The notes under the pieces: generated by a model
The model's database searches: none
Told to the model about the DNA's origin: nothing
What the model saw: only the letters and a program-made list of their open reading frames with translations
Made by a program: the position numbers and the translations under genes
Assembly (NCBI GenBank): GCA_035285545.1
Contig: JAYKGY010000019.1
Coordinates: 64,001 to 128,000 of the forward strand
Direction: 5' to 3'
DNA from: Snowella sp.
GTDB lineage: Bacteria; Cyanobacteriota; Cyanobacteriia; Cyanobacteriales; Microcystaceae
DNA: 64,000 bases
Shown here: positions 28,952 through 39,874 of the stretch, one piece after another
How positions within the stretch are numbered: the first letter of the stretch is position 1
How the letters are laid out: every line of letters starts with the position of its first letter

Positions 28952-30136
28952 GTGAAAGTTTTATTTTTGAGCAATGGGCACGGAGAAGATTTAAACGCCA
29001 GCTTGATTTTAAGTGCCTTGCAGGAGTTACAACCTAACTTAAAAATCGGGGCAATGCCCTTAGTCGGCATGGGGAACGCCTACCGTCGTTTAGGGATAGA
29101 CATTATCGGCCCCACTCAAAATTTACCTTCTGGCGGAATTATTTACCTTAATCCTTGGAATTGGGTGAAAGATATTACATCGGGCTTAATTGGGCTAACT
29201 ATCAGACAAATTAAAGCTGTTTTTCATGATTCAAAAACCTGTGATTTACTCATTGCCGTTGGTGATATTGTCCCTATCGCGATCGCTTACCTGACAGGAA
29301 AACCGTTTGTTGCGTTTATTGTTTCTACATCGAGTTACTACGAAGGGCGATTACGTTTACCTTGGATTACGGAATTTTGTTTACGTTCCCACCGTTGCCA
29401 ACAGGTTTTTACACGGGATCAATTTACTGCCGATGATTTACAGCAAAGAGGCATGAAAAAAGCAATTTTTGCCGGTTATCCCATTATGGATGTTTTGCAA
29501 GCGGTTAATTATGACCTTGAACTTGATCCCCAGATCCCGATGATTGCTCTGCTCCCAGGAAGTCGTTTACCCGAAGCCGTCAACAATTTGCAATTACAAC
29601 TCCAAGCCTGCGAAGCGATCGCGCAAACACAACCTGCTCAATTCCGCGCTGCCCTCGTTCCGAGCTTTACGGAAGCAGAATTAAAAAGTTTAGCTGTAAA
29701 GACTGGCTGGGAATATCAAGATTCAGGCAATTTAATCAAGATTATCGGTAATCAATCTCTAACGGTTCTGTGCTACTGGGATGCGTTCGCCGATATTTTA
29801 CAACAGTGTAATTTGGCGATCGGGATGGCAGGAACCGCCGTAGAACAAGCCGTTGGTTTAGGAAAACCCGTTATTCAAATTCCTGGATTTGGCCCCCAGT
29901 TTACCTATGCCTTTGCAGAAGCCCAAATGCGCTTATTGGGAAGTTCCGTAAAAACTGTTGGCAAAAATCCCCAAGAACCTGATTTATACTCAAAAATTGC
30001 CATAACTGTTTGGGAAATTCTCGCTGATTCTGTTTATCTTCAAAATTGCCGACAAAATGGACAAAAGCGAGTCGGTAACGCAGGCGGCTCCCAAGGCATC
30101 GCTCAGCAAATCTTAACCATTCTCAAACAATTGTAA
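28952..30136 (+). CDS. Lipid-A-disaccharide synthase-related protein
   Basis: LFLSNGHGED, LPSGG, AVGD, LLPGSR, MAGTAVEQ, GPQFT..FAEAQ.RLLG. Confidence 0.85.
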   Translation: MKVLFLSNGHGEDLNASLILSALQELQPNLKIGAMPLVGMGNAYRRLGIDIIGPTQNLPSGGIIYLNPWNWVKDITSGLIGLTIRQIKAVFHDSKTCDLLIAVGDIVPIAIAYLTGKPFVAFIVSTSSYYEGRLRLPWITEFCLRSHRCQQVFTRDQFTADDLQQRGMKKAIFAGYPIMDVLQAVNYDLELDPQIPMIALLPGSRLPEAVNNLQLQLQACEAIAQTQPAQFRAALVPSFTEAELKSLAVKTGWEYQDSGNLIKIIGNQSLTVLCYWDAFADILQQCNLAIGMAGTAVEQAVGLGKPVIQIPGFGPQFTYAFAEAQMRLLGSSVKTVGKNPQEPDLYSKIAITVWEILADSVYLQNCRQNGQKRVGNAGGSQGIAQQILTILKQL

Positions 30137-30151
30137 TTTCTAGAAATTAAC

Positions 30152-30859
30152 GTGAAATCCTTTGAAATCAGCCAGTTATTAATTTTCGTTCCCCAGGGCG
30201 CAGAATATCAATCTGTAATGCAAGGTTTAAAAAATTGCCCGAATCCGCCCCAAATTTTACCGATCCCCGTAGGAATCGTTCCCGTCACTCGTTATCTCGA
30301 AAATTGGTGGCAAAAACAAGATAAATCTCCATTAGGTTTCAATGCAGTGCTACTAATGGGATTAGGCGGTAGTTTATCAACAGAATTGGGACTAGGACAA
30401 GCCACTTTAATCAAATCTTGTTTAAAACGAGAAAAGGGTGCGCTAACAACAATTCATAACAGTGATCCCCAGTTAAATCTTTGGATTCAACAACGTTTGG
30501 GACATAATGTTTCATTGGTTCAGGGCATTACTAGCGATCGCGTCATTACCCAAGCTACCGAAAAACAAAAACTCGGTCAAACCTTAAATTGTCAAGTTGT
30601 CGATATGGAAGGCTGGGCCGTTTTAGAGTTTTTTGCAGAAAAACAAATTCCTGTGAGCATTTTACGGGTCATTAGCGATGAAGTGAATCAATCTCTCCCC
30701 GATCTCAGCCGCGCCTATGATACTAGTGGGAACTTAAAGGCGATCGCGCTCACGGTTGCTTTATTACAAAAACCGATAGCAGGCTTGAACTTGATTCGAG
30801 GATCTCTCCAAGCCTTAAAACGATTAGAACAGGTGGTATGTAATTTATTTACCCAGTAA
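30152..30859 (+). CDS. Nucleoside phosphorylase/nucleosidase family protein
   Basis: VPQGAEY, GLGGSL, VVDMEG, LRVISD. Confidence 0.8.
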   Translation: MKSFEISQLLIFVPQGAEYQSVMQGLKNCPNPPQILPIPVGIVPVTRYLENWWQKQDKSPLGFNAVLLMGLGGSLSTELGLGQATLIKSCLKREKGALTTIHNSDPQLNLWIQQRLGHNVSLVQGITSDRVITQATEKQKLGQTLNCQVVDMEGWAVLEFFAEKQIPVSILRVISDEVNQSLPDLSRAYDTSGNLKAIALTVALLQKPIAGLNLIRGSLQALKRLEQVVCNLFTQ

Positions 30860-30948
30860 CAATCCATTGTTAAATTCTCAAAAATAATTGTGGAATTTCA
30901 AGGCATCCTTGGGTAAACTCAGATTGACTTATCTGTTAATTAATACCG

Positions 30949-32022
30949 ATGAAAGCCCTGATTCTTTCGGGTGGAAAAGGAACTCGTTTAAGGCCCCTAA
31001 CCTATACTGGTGCCAAACAATTAGTTCCCGTTGCTAATAAACCGATTCTTTGGTACGGCATTGAATCCATTGTGGCCGCAGGAATTACCGATATTGGGAT
31101 TATTATTAGTCCTGAAACGGGAGATGAAATTCAAGCTAAAACTGGAAACGGCGATCGCTTTGGCGCACAAATTACCTATATTCGTCAAGAACAACCCCTC
31201 GGTTTAGCCCATGCCGTAAAAGTTGCACGACCCTTTTTGGAAAATAATCCTTTTGTCATGTACTTAGGGGATAACTTAATTCAAGATAGCTTACAAAGCT
31301 TCTTACAAACCTTTAAAGAAAAAGCCTTAGATGCCTTAATTCTATTACGAGAAGTTGAAAATCCCACAGCTTTTGGTGTTGCTGAAATTGATTCCCAAGG
31401 TCGGGTTCTCAAATTAGTCGAAAAACCGAAAATTCCGCCCTCTAATTTAGCATTAGTGGGACTTTACTTTTTTTCTCCCTCAATTCATACTGCCATAGAC
31501 TCTATTCAACCATCGGCTAGGGGAGAGTTAGAAATTACTGATGCGATTCAAGCTTTGATCACTCAAGCCCGAAATGTCGAAGCTTTGCAACTATCAGGAT
31601 GGTGGTTAGATACGGGCAAAAAAGATGATTTATTAGCAGCTAATCAAATTATTTTGGATAGTATTTTAGTCAACAATAATCAGGGAAAGATTGACAATGA
31701 AAGTCAAATAGCTGGTCGAGTTACTATTGGCAAAAATTCTCAAATTATCAACAGTAGTATTCGGGGCCCGGTTATTATTGGCGATAATTGCCATATCGAA
31801 AACAGTTTTATTGGCCCATTCAGTAGTGTTGCTAATCACGTAATTTTACAAGATGTGGATATAGAAAATAGCGTCGTTTTACAACAAGCTCAAGTGATCG
31901 GTATTCAACAACGCATTGTAGATAGCGTCATTGGCCAACGGGTAAAGTTAACAATTGCCCCCCATCCCCCCAAAGCTTTAAGATTTCTCATTGGTGATGA
32001 TTCTCAAATTGAATTAGTTTAA
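30949..32022 (+). CDS. rfbA: Glucose-1-phosphate thymidylyltransferase (long form)
   Basis: GGKGTRLRPLT...KQL.PVANKP, LGDN, SARGELEITD, WWLDTG. Confidence 0.93.
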   Translation: MKALILSGGKGTRLRPLTYTGAKQLVPVANKPILWYGIESIVAAGITDIGIIISPETGDEIQAKTGNGDRFGAQITYIRQEQPLGLAHAVKVARPFLENNPFVMYLGDNLIQDSLQSFLQTFKEKALDALILLREVENPTAFGVAEIDSQGRVLKLVEKPKIPPSNLALVGLYFFSPSIHTAIDSIQPSARGELEITDAIQALITQARNVEALQLSGWWLDTGKKDDLLAANQIILDSILVNNNQGKIDNESQIAGRVTIGKNSQIINSSIRGPVIIGDNCHIENSFIGPFSSVANHVILQDVDIENSVVLQQAQVIGIQQRIVDSVIGQRVKLTIAPHPPKALRFLIGDDSQIELV

Positions 32023-32050
32023 TAAAAAAGATTGCTAGTTTCTAAATCTA

Positions 32051-33148
32051 ATGGTAGTAAGTCAACAAGAGAGTCTTAACTCAAGAAACATTTATAATTT
32101 ATTAATTACTGGTGGAGCGGGATTTATTGGCTCTAATTTTGTGCATCATTGGTGTCAACAGTATCCTCATCATCGGGTGGTTGTGTTAGATGCTTTGACC
32201 TATGCGGGAAATCGGCAGAATTTAGCGAGTTTAGAGGATAAAGAAAATTTTCGGTTTGTGCAGGGAAATATTTGCGATCGCGCTTTGATCGATACTTTAC
32301 TACGGGAAGAAAAAATTGATACGGTTGCCCATTTTGCCGCAGAATCCCATGTAGATCGGTCAATATTAGGGCCAGATGCCTTTGTCCAGACGAATGTAGT
32401 GGGAACCTTTACCCTACTAGAAAGTTTTCGACAATACTGGAATGAACAAGGACAGCCGAGCGACTCTCGTTTTCTCCATGTCTCCACTGATGAAGTCTAT
32501 GGCAGTTTAGGGCCAAGCGATCCCGCCTTTTCTGAAACAACGCCCTATGCGCCTAATAGTCCCTATTCCGCTTCTAAAGCAGGGAGTGATCACCTCGCCA
32601 GAGCCTATTTCCATACCTACGGAATGCCGACCATTATTACCAATTGCTCGAATAATTACGGGCCTTATCATTTTCCTGAAAAATTAATTCCCTTGATGTG
32701 TATCAATATTTTGTTAGGAAAGCCGTTACCCGTATATGGTGATGGGCAAAATATCCGCGATTGGCTTTATGTCGGAGATCATTGCCGAGCTTTGGATACG
32801 GTTTTACAAACAGGCCAGCCTGGGGAAACCTACAATATTGGCGGCAATAATGAGGTCAAAAATATTGATTTAGTTACGCTTTTGTGTGAATTAATGGATG
32901 AATTGGCGACTGATTTACCCGTTAAACCTGCCAATCAATTAATTACCTTTGTGAAAGACCGCGCAGGCCATGACCGACGGTACGCGATCGATGCCACTAA
33001 AATTCGGACAGAGTTGGGGTGGACTCCTCAGGAAACCGTTGAACAGGGATTACGCAAAACGATTCAGTGGTATTTAACCAATCCAGATTGGTGGAAGCCC
33101 TTATTATCGGAAGATTATCAAGCCTATTATCAAAAGGTATACGGGTAA
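32051..33148 (+). CDS. rfbB: dTDP-glucose 4,6-dehydratase
   Basis: [29 protein letters not shown]. Confidence 0.96.
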   Translation: MVVSQQESLNSRNIYNLLITGGAGFIGSNFVHHWCQQYPHHRVVVLDALTYAGNRQNLASLEDKENFRFVQGNICDRALIDTLLREEKIDTVAHFAAESHVDRSILGPDAFVQTNVVGTFTLLESFRQYWNEQGQPSDSRFLHVSTDEVYGSLGPSDPAFSETTPYAPNSPYSASKAGSDHLARAYFHTYGMPTIITNCSNNYGPYHFPEKLIPLMCINILLGKPLPVYGDGQNIRDWLYVGDHCRALDTVLQTGQPGETYNIGGNNEVKNIDLVTLLCELMDELATDLPVKPANQLITFVKDRAGHDRRYAIDATKIRTELGWTPQETVEQGLRKTIQWYLTNPDWWKPLLSEDYQAYYQKVYG

Positions 33149-33173
33149 TCTCCTGAATATTAACCAAAACCCT

Positions 33174-33887
33174 TTATGAAGGAATATAACTGCTCATGAC
33201 CCGTCCACAACTCCACCATTTTTGATAGTAGCCCCGACTGACTGAATCTCCGTCTGCCGATAGGATGTCGATGCCGATGCCGTTGCGCCCCATTTCTTGG
33301 CCAGAACTATGGATGTAATAGCGATCGCCTAAATGGAGAGCCACATGATCCACTCGTTTACTGCCAAAAAAGATGAGATCACCAGGAATGAGATCGTCTA
33401 TTTCAACCCGTTGTGTAAAAGCCTCTTGTTGGTAGGAATCTCTGGGTAACCAAATCCCGGAAGCGGCAAAGGCGGCTTGCATTAACCCAGAACAATCGTA
33501 GTTTGGGCCAAGGGTTCCGCCCCAAAGATAATAATTGGGAACCTCTTTCGCCGCTTGGGTATAGGCAATGATTTCGGGTAAGCGAGCTTCAATTTCGGAA
33601 CGGGTAACGGCGATCGCCTGATAGTTTTTGCTAGTAGGTTGTAAACTAGTTAATTGATGAAAAGGTAACCAGGCCGGATAACCATCTTCTAGGAGCATAA
33701 CTTTAGCGGCCTTTTGAGTCGGATCAAGCTCGACTATTTTTAAGTATCTCCCCTGATTGGCTTGCGTAGCTAAGGTTTTACAATCCGGTTGATCGTATAA
33801 ATCTAGCGAAATTGAACAGCAATATTCTCCATGGGGAGAGGGGGAAACTAGAGAAACGCTATCCATAAATTGAAGACGATTGAGCAA
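33174..33887 (-). CDS. NlpC/P60 (C40) peptidase with an SH3-like N-terminus
   Basis: YLWGG...DCSG...LPRDS...GDLIFF...HVAL...IHSS. Confidence 0.92.
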   Translation of the reverse strand: MLNRLQFMDSVSLVSPSPHGEYCCSISLDLYDQPDCKTLATQANQGRYLKIVELDPTQKAAKVMLLEDGYPAWLPFHQLTSLQPTSKNYQAIAVTRSEIEARLPEIIAYTQAAKEVPNYYLWGGTLGPNYDCSGLMQAAFAASGIWLPRDSYQQEAFTQRVEIDDLIPGDLIFFGSKRVDHVALHLGDRYYIHSSGQEMGRNGIGIDILSADGDSVSRGYYQKWWSCGRVMSSYIPS

Positions 33888-34082
33888 AAGACTGCTTTAC
33901 TTTATCAAAAAACGGTCTGTTTTGAATCCTCGGAATCGTGGGGCTGAAGTTCTCAATTGAGTTCTTACTTTTTATCGTTAATCTCGTTACAAATTTTCGT
34001 TAGAATCATTTATTATAATTGGCAAGAATAATTAAGTATTTCTAAGCGTATTTCAAAAAATTATTCATAACAACTCTTTATT

Positions 34083-34556
34083 ATGGATTTTCGTCATATT
34101 CTGTTCTCGGTCGAAAAACATCAGGTTGATCTTACGCAACTGCAACATTTATTTAACCTATCTGCTTTTTGGGCAAAAGATCGGACGCTCCAAGGTCTAC
34201 AAACCGCGATCGCCCATAGTGAACCGGTTGTTAGTGTGTGGGATCGAGAACAGATGATTGGTTTTGCCAGAGCAACATCTGATGGTGTCTATCGGGCGAC
34301 AATTTGGGATGTGGTTATTCATCCTAATTATCAGGGCGCAGGTCTGGGGCGAAAATTAGTCCAAACCGTTTTAGCCCATCCCCATGTCAATCAGGTGGAA
34401 CGGGTTTACTTAATGACAACCCACGAACAGGCTTTCTATGAGCGTATTGGTTTTCAAGAAAATCAAACCACCACAATGGTGATTCACAATCAATCAGCCT
34501 CTACCCATTTAGTTCAGCAGGAGTTACTAATTGCAACCAACCTTGTAGGCGTGTAG
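34083..34556 (+). CDS. GNAT acetyltransferase
   Basis: IGFARA.SD, WDVVIHPNYQGAGLG, FYERIGF. Confidence 0.9.
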   Translation: MDFRHILFSVEKHQVDLTQLQHLFNLSAFWAKDRTLQGLQTAIAHSEPVVSVWDREQMIGFARATSDGVYRATIWDVVIHPNYQGAGLGRKLVQTVLAHPHVNQVERVYLMTTHEQAFYERIGFQENQTTTMVIHNQSASTHLVQQELLIATNLVGV

Positions 34557-35310
34557 TCTCTTGGGTCGCCTCATCCGGCATAAAAGCAGAAAGGGTTAGT
34601 TCTCCGCCCATTTTCCGAAAAAGAGTTTGGGCTAATAAAAATTTAAGATAAGGGGAAATTTTGACGCTCTCTGTAAAATGTTTCCATTGCTCCCGATTAG
34701 TCTTTTGTAGCTCAAGCGGTTGACAAAGGTGTGTTTCCCAAATTTCAGGGGAACAAGGAATGAGAATTTCAATACAAGCGTGAGAGTTTGCCTGATCCGT
34801 TGTGAGGTTAATGTGAATGCTGCCTTTCGGCATAGTTTGCAGCCCTGTATCAATAACAAGTAATAGGGCTTGGAGTAACCGATCCTTATCGGTCAAAATC
34901 TGAACAGGGTAAGCAGGAGAATTGATTTGAACGCAGAGATTTCGATTAGCGGCTTGTAATTGCGTTAAAGCCTGTAAGTTAGTACGGATAAAATCCCAAT
35001 CAACTGTGTCGATTTGCAGCGCGATCGCGCCATAGTCCAACTTAGAAACGAGAATAATTTCATCAATCATGGCCAGAAGTTTTTGCGCTGATTGATAGGC
35101 CTGTTCTAAAAATTCTTTTTCTTCTTCTGGGCTTTCACAAAAGTCAAATAAAATCAACTGATGTAGGCTAATTAAACTACTCAGCGGCGATCGCAACTCA
35201 TGAGCCACTCGGCCAAGAAAACCCGTTTTAAATTGATTAATTTCCTGGGCCATCTGATAGGCAACTTGGGTATTTTCGAGTTCGGCACGTAGCTGTTCAA
35301 GGTCGCTCAT
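34501..35310 (-). CDS. Sensorless histidine-kinase-like protein (HisKA plus degenerate ATPase domain)
   Basis: FLGRVAHELRSPLS H-box; MGGEL near the C-terminus; no clear N or G boxes. Confidence 0.75.
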   Translation of the reverse strand: MSDLEQLRAELENTQVAYQMAQEINQFKTGFLGRVAHELRSPLSSLISLHQLILFDFCESPEEEKEFLEQAYQSAQKLLAMIDEIILVSKLDYGAIALQIDTVDWDFIRTNLQALTQLQAANRNLCVQINSPAYPVQILTDKDRLLQALLLVIDTGLQTMPKGSIHINLTTDQANSHACIEILIPCSPEIWETHLCQPLELQKTNREQWKHFTESVKISPYLKFLLAQTLFRKMGGELTLSAFMPDEATQETTRLQGWLQLVTPAELNG

Positions 35311-35354
35311 AGGGGATCGCTCCAGCTAACAAAGAAAATAGCAAAGGGAGAATT

Positions 35355-35942
35355 TTATAACACAATAGCACCCTGACGTAAGGTTTTCCATGAATTATCA
35401 GTCCACTGGATAACAGTTGACGGTTGACCGCTACTGAAAGTTGGTGTGGGGGATAAATACTCGCTATTGAGCGCAATCACATCAGGAAAAGTCGCCACGA
35501 TCGCGTTCATGGTTTCTAGGGGCGGTTGACCGGATAAATTCGCGCTGGTGGTAGCCAAGGGGCCAGTTTGTCGCAAAATGTCTAACGCAATGGAAGAATT
35601 CGGAATGCGAATGCCTACTGTGCCGTAGTTGAGGGGATTCATCGCAACAGGAACTTTTTCAGATGCAGGTAACACCAAGGTTAATTGACCGGGCCAATAT
35701 TTTTTAGCGATCGCTGTCCAAATGGCTTGTTCTTCAGGAGTCCCTACCACGTATTCCCAAATCGCGTCTAGCTCAGCAACCATAAGAATTAACGGTTTGT
35801 CCGCAGTCCGTTGTTTGAGGGTAAAAATTCGCTCGGATTGGGGGGGGATAACTGCCAAAGCGGGAACAGTATCGGTGGGGAAACTGACAACCTTTCCGGC
35901 GATCGCGGCATTAATGAATTCAGGGTAAGAAACAAGCGGCAT
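35355..35942 (-). CDS. tsaC: Threonylcarbamoyl-AMP synthase (Sua5/YrdC)
   Basis: FPTDTV, K.R..DKPL, WPGQLT, TSANLSG, PSTVI. Confidence 0.9.
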   Translation of the reverse strand: MPLVSYPEFINAAIAGKVVSFPTDTVPALAVIPPQSERIFTLKQRTADKPLILMVAELDAIWEYVVGTPEEQAIWTAIAKKYWPGQLTLVLPASEKVPVAMNPLNYGTVGIRIPNSSIALDILRQTGPLATTSANLSGQPPLETMNAIVATFPDVIALNSEYLSPTPTFSSGQPSTVIQWTDNSWKTLRQGAIVL

Positions 35943-35962
35943 ATTTCAGTACAAACCAGAGA

Positions 35963-36856
35963 CTAAATACGGTAAGCCAAAACAAAACGTTCAATTTCGG
36001 CTAAATCTAACAAAACTTTAATTTCTTTATATTGTCCCTGATTTTTTAATAATTGAGCAACCTGGGGAGCTTGACCCGCCATCAATTCAACCAGCCATAA
36101 CCCCCCCGATACTAAATAATCAGGAGCCGTTTCAATTAAATAGCGAATCGCCGCTAAACCATCGTCTCCCCCATCTAGGGCGAGGTGTGGCTCATGGTTA
36201 ACCACTTCCGGTTGAAGCTCACTGATCATTTCTTTGGGAATATAGGGCGGATTAGACACCATGCCCTGAAGTTTGCCTTGTAAATGGTGTAAAGGTTCCC
36301 ACCAAGATCCTTGATAGAACTCAATGCGATCGCTGAAATCATATTTTTGAGCATTTTCTCGCGCTATTTCTAGGGCTTCTGTGCTCAGATCAACGGCAAA
36401 AATCTTGGCTTTTGGGAATAGACTAGCTAATCCTAAGGCGATCGCCCCGCTTCCCGTTCCCAAATCGACCCAATTTCCCTGGCTAAGTTCGGGATACTGT
36501 TTTTGTTCATTTCCTAAATAATCAATGATTAACTCTGTCTCTGGTCGAGGAATTAAGACTGAAGGAGAAACTTTTAAGCAAAAATCCCGCCAAGGGGTAA
36601 CCCCTGCTAAATATTGGACAGGAACCCATTGAGTTAATCGCTGTTGCCAGAGATCGGCTAATTCAGATAACGGTTGAGGCAAAAAAATCTGCGATCGCGT
36701 TTGAAACGTCCCTAAGCGGAGAGACAACTTATCTAAATCCGTCCAGATTTGTAAAAGCCAGTCCACTTCATCGGGAGAAATATCCGCCGCGATCGCCTGT
36801 TGTTGAGCAATGATGCGCCAATCGGCTAATTGTTGGCCAGAAACCCAAAAAGACAC
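35963..36856 (-). CDS. prmC: Release factor glutamine methyltransferase
   Basis: PVQYL, VLIPRPETE, DLGTGSG, SNPPY, ALDGGDDG. Confidence 0.95.
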   Translation of the reverse strand: MSFWVSGQQLADWRIIAQQQAIAADISPDEVDWLLQIWTDLDKLSLRLGTFQTRSQIFLPQPLSELADLWQQRLTQWVPVQYLAGVTPWRDFCLKVSPSVLIPRPETELIIDYLGNEQKQYPELSQGNWVDLGTGSGAIALGLASLFPKAKIFAVDLSTEALEIARENAQKYDFSDRIEFYQGSWWEPLHHLQGKLQGMVSNPPYIPKEMISELQPEVVNHEPHLALDGGDDGLAAIRYLIETAPDYLVSGGLWLVELMAGQAPQVAQLLKNQGQYKEIKVLLDLAEIERFVLAYRI

Positions 36857-36877
36857 GTTAATTTAACAATTTAACTA

Positions 36878-37639
36878 TTATTTTTTAGGGGCTGGAGCCG
36901 AGCTTTGTTTCGATTGATTTTGAATCGCAGTTTGAATAAACCTGATCGATTCTTCCGAGGGGATCAAACGAATACTTTTGAGCATCTTATCGTCACTTTG
37001 TTGTAAGGTACTCATCACATTTTCGAGCGGAACCACCTCGATTTTCACCGTTGAAGCCAGATCGGGCTTTTCCTTTTTAAAGCGGGCTACCATTTCTTGA
37101 ATTTGCTTCGCTTCAAAGAAAAAGGGAATCACTTGTTCATTATTTTGCTGAATTGTTAAATATCCCTGCTCTTTGCCACCGCGAGCCACATACAGCGGAA
37201 CACCGCCTTGATATTTTTGCCCTGCTGCCGTCAAAATTTGGGTAGCTGCATTAATTTCCGTCGGGACGGGAACGTAGGCAAAATTTAAAGAATCCGGCTT
37301 ATTCGCATTGGTGACAGCTAGCTTGTAAACTTCCCCCAAAGAAACGGGTTGGACACTGACTTTACTGGCAATATCCGGCTTATCCTTTTTTAATTGTTGA
37401 AAGAATTTTTGTGCTTCCTGCTGACTCACAAAGATTCCTGTGATTTTTTTATTGTTATCAACGGCAACCAAAGGAGCACCTTGACCATCAGCAATTGTGA
37501 AAACGGGAACTCCTTGCAAGATCTTGACGACTTCCTCCGTTGGTAAAGCTAATACTTTGAGGGTTTGTCCTAATACAGTCGTTAATACTGCACTCCCGAC
37601 CAATCCTAATGTCGTACCCCAACGAATCAATGAATTCAT
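36878..37639 (-). CDS. Tic22-family periplasmic chaperone
   Basis: Signal peptide; L..VPVFTI...G.PL, VSLGEVY, GVPLY, IPFFF. Confidence 0.88.
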   Translation of the reverse strand: MNSLIRWGTTLGLVGSAVLTTVLGQTLKVLALPTEEVVKILQGVPVFTIADGQGAPLVAVDNNKKITGIFVSQQEAQKFFQQLKKDKPDIASKVSVQPVSLGEVYKLAVTNANKPDSLNFAYVPVPTEINAATQILTAAGQKYQGGVPLYVARGGKEQGYLTIQQNNEQVIPFFFEAKQIQEMVARFKKEKPDLASTVKIEVVPLENVMSTLQQSDDKMLKSIRLIPSEESIRFIQTAIQNQSKQSSAPAPKK

Positions 37640-38070
37640 GCTTTAAAAACCTCGGACAATAAATGCTGTAAACAAAAACTAGGAGACTCCCCACCGTTAA
37701 CGCGACTAAACGCGATCCTATAGTGTATCCTAATCAACTTAATTTTTTAGTGATATTTCCTCTGGATTAAGAAAACCCGACTTATCGGAAAATAAATATA
37801 AGTTTTCTCAAACTTAGATATCCAACGGATCAATGTTCCCAGACTGATCAATTTCTAAAAAGTTCCAACCGCTCTCCCAAAATAACATATTTTTTATTTA
37901 ACAATCATTTACGTTAGCAAGTTATTAAACTGTCACTGGTCAGGGAACTTAGATAGTTTATTGCTTCACCATTTATACTATCTATACTAGTTTTAATCGA
38001 GCCATTATTCAGAACATTTTACGCTTGAAAATATAGATAATTAGCAACAATCGGACTTAATCTTTTAATA

Positions 38071-38220
38071 AACTTGTGGGGGTGGGTCATCAAACGTTTA
38101 AGACGAGACTAGACATCCTTCATCCTCATCTAAGGCATAAGGCAAAGAGAGGAGGGCAAAATAAACTCAGTGCAGAAGCCCCATGACTCCTCCCCTAGCA
38201 ATCTTGGCGGGAATAGGGAA
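38071..38220 (+). mobile_element. Possible degenerate IS200/IS605 right-end remnant
   Basis: GTGGGTCATCAAAC...TAAGAC...AGAAGCCCC...GCGGGAA resembles, from memory, the 3' ends of cyanobacterial tnpB elements; no tnpA or tnpB ORF nearby. Confidence 0.3.
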
Positions 38221-38542
38221 ATAACTCCTTATAACGCCAGATTTTGCATGTCAGAGATTACCACCCGTCGGATTATCCAAAAAGTAGAGAATCGCTTAGT
38301 CTGTTCTCTAGATAGCGATATATTGGGGAAAAGATATCATTCTGGGCTTTCAAGGGAGAGATCTTCTTTTTTCCGACTTACCCAGATTTTTGCTTTTTGG
38401 GTAATGCTTTTCTCATCACGCTTTCCCCCTGGGTATCCGTCTGTCAGCTAATTTTCTTTTTGCTAAAATCAAACTCATAGTATTACTTACTGAACATAAA
38501 AACTCTTATTTCACATTTAAAAAATTTATCATTATATCAATT

Positions 38543-39451
38543 ATGATTGAACCACCTGGCGTAGAAAGAGATTCTGTTGTAACGTCCTTGGGAACCATGG
38601 TTTATTATTCTCCCCAAAAAGCTCCTTGGGTTGAGGATAATTTGGATAGCACGACCGAGAAACCGACTCTGATCTTTTTACACGGATTTGGGGGCGGCTC
38701 GTCGGCCTATGAATGGTCAAAGGTCTATCCGGCTTTTGCCTTTAATTATCGAGTTCTAGCTCCTGATTTACTGGGGTGGGGTCGATCGGATCACCCTGAA
38801 CGCAATTATCAACCCCAGGATTACATTAATACGATCCTTGAATTTATCGAAAAAACCTGTGAACAACCACCGACAGTGATTGCTTCATCCCTCGTGGGTG
38901 GCTTAACCCTCCGCGCCGCGATCGCCCGTCCCGATCAATTCAAAAACCTGATCTTAACCAACCCCACCGGATTATCCGATTTTGGCGAAGATTACAGTAA
39001 AAATTTGTTTGCTCAGATTGTGGGAGTTCCCGTCATCGATAAGATGATTTACAGCGTTGGAGTTGCTAATAGTACCGCCATTCAAGGATTTTTAGAAACG
39101 AAACAATTTGCCAATCCGAACTTACTCTATCCTGAAATTACGGAAGCCTACCTCGAATCTGCAACCCAACCTAATGCGGAATACGCGGCATTATCTTTTG
39201 TTCGGGGAGACTTATGTTTTGATTTAGCTAAATATATTCCTCAGTTAACGATACCGACTGCGTTTATGTGGGGACAAAAGGCATCCTTTGCCGGCCCCGA
39301 TGTGGGGAAACGATTAGCCGCGCTGAATGGGACAGCCATTAAGCTCTTTCAAGAAATTGAAGATGTCGGCTTAACGCCACAACTCGAACTTCCGGCAGTC
39401 ACCATTAGCCTGATTAATAAATTTTTAAAATATTTCCAGAATGTCTCCTGA
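38543..39451 (+). CDS. Alpha/beta hydrolase fold protein
   Basis: FLHGFGGG, APDLLGWGRS; non-canonical elbow IASSL; catalytic His apparently replaced (GLTPQLE). Confidence 0.85.
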   Translation: MIEPPGVERDSVVTSLGTMVYYSPQKAPWVEDNLDSTTEKPTLIFLHGFGGGSSAYEWSKVYPAFAFNYRVLAPDLLGWGRSDHPERNYQPQDYINTILEFIEKTCEQPPTVIASSLVGGLTLRAAIARPDQFKNLILTNPTGLSDFGEDYSKNLFAQIVGVPVIDKMIYSVGVANSTAIQGFLETKQFANPNLLYPEITEAYLESATQPNAEYAALSFVRGDLCFDLAKYIPQLTIPTAFMWGQKASFAGPDVGKRLAALNGTAIKLFQEIEDVGLTPQLELPAVTISLINKFLKYFQNVS

Positions 39452-39511
39452 TAAGCGATACCATGATATAAAGTTCTGACGAACAGCAACACGTAATTTT
39501 TCTAAACATCC

Positions 39512-39865
39512 ATGACTATCGATAGAGATGAGCGAACGCTAGTGGCAATGAAAAATTTTGCCGAGCAGTATGCCAAGCGTACCAATACCTATTTTTGTAG
39601 TGATCTTTCGGTTACCGCCGTCGTCATTGAGGGACTCGCCAAACATAAGGACGAATTGGGTTCCCCGCTTTGCCCTTGCCGTCATTACGAAGATAAGGAA
39701 GCAGAGGTTAAAAATACGTTCTGGAATTGTCCCTGTGTCCCTATGCGAGAACGAAATGAATGTCATTGCATGTTATTTCTTCCTACTAATAATGATTTTG
39801 CAGGAGATCAGCAAGAAATTTCTTTAGAGTTGCTCAAAGAAGTCAAAGCGAGTATGTCGGCTTAG
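39512..39865 (+). CDS. ftrC: Ferredoxin-thioredoxin reductase, catalytic subunit
   Basis: CPC...CPC...CHC motifs. Confidence 0.95.
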   Translation: MTIDRDERTLVAMKNFAEQYAKRTNTYFCSDLSVTAVVIEGLAKHKDELGSPLCPCRHYEDKEAEVKNTFWNCPCVPMRERNECHCMLFLPTNNDFAGDQQEISLELLKEVKASMSA

Positions 39866-39874
39866 GTTTGCAGC

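Noticed and set aside
38170..38451. 93-aa ORF in the tic22 / hydrolase spacer
   Set aside because: GTG start, no recognisable domain, overlaps the suspected IS remnant.
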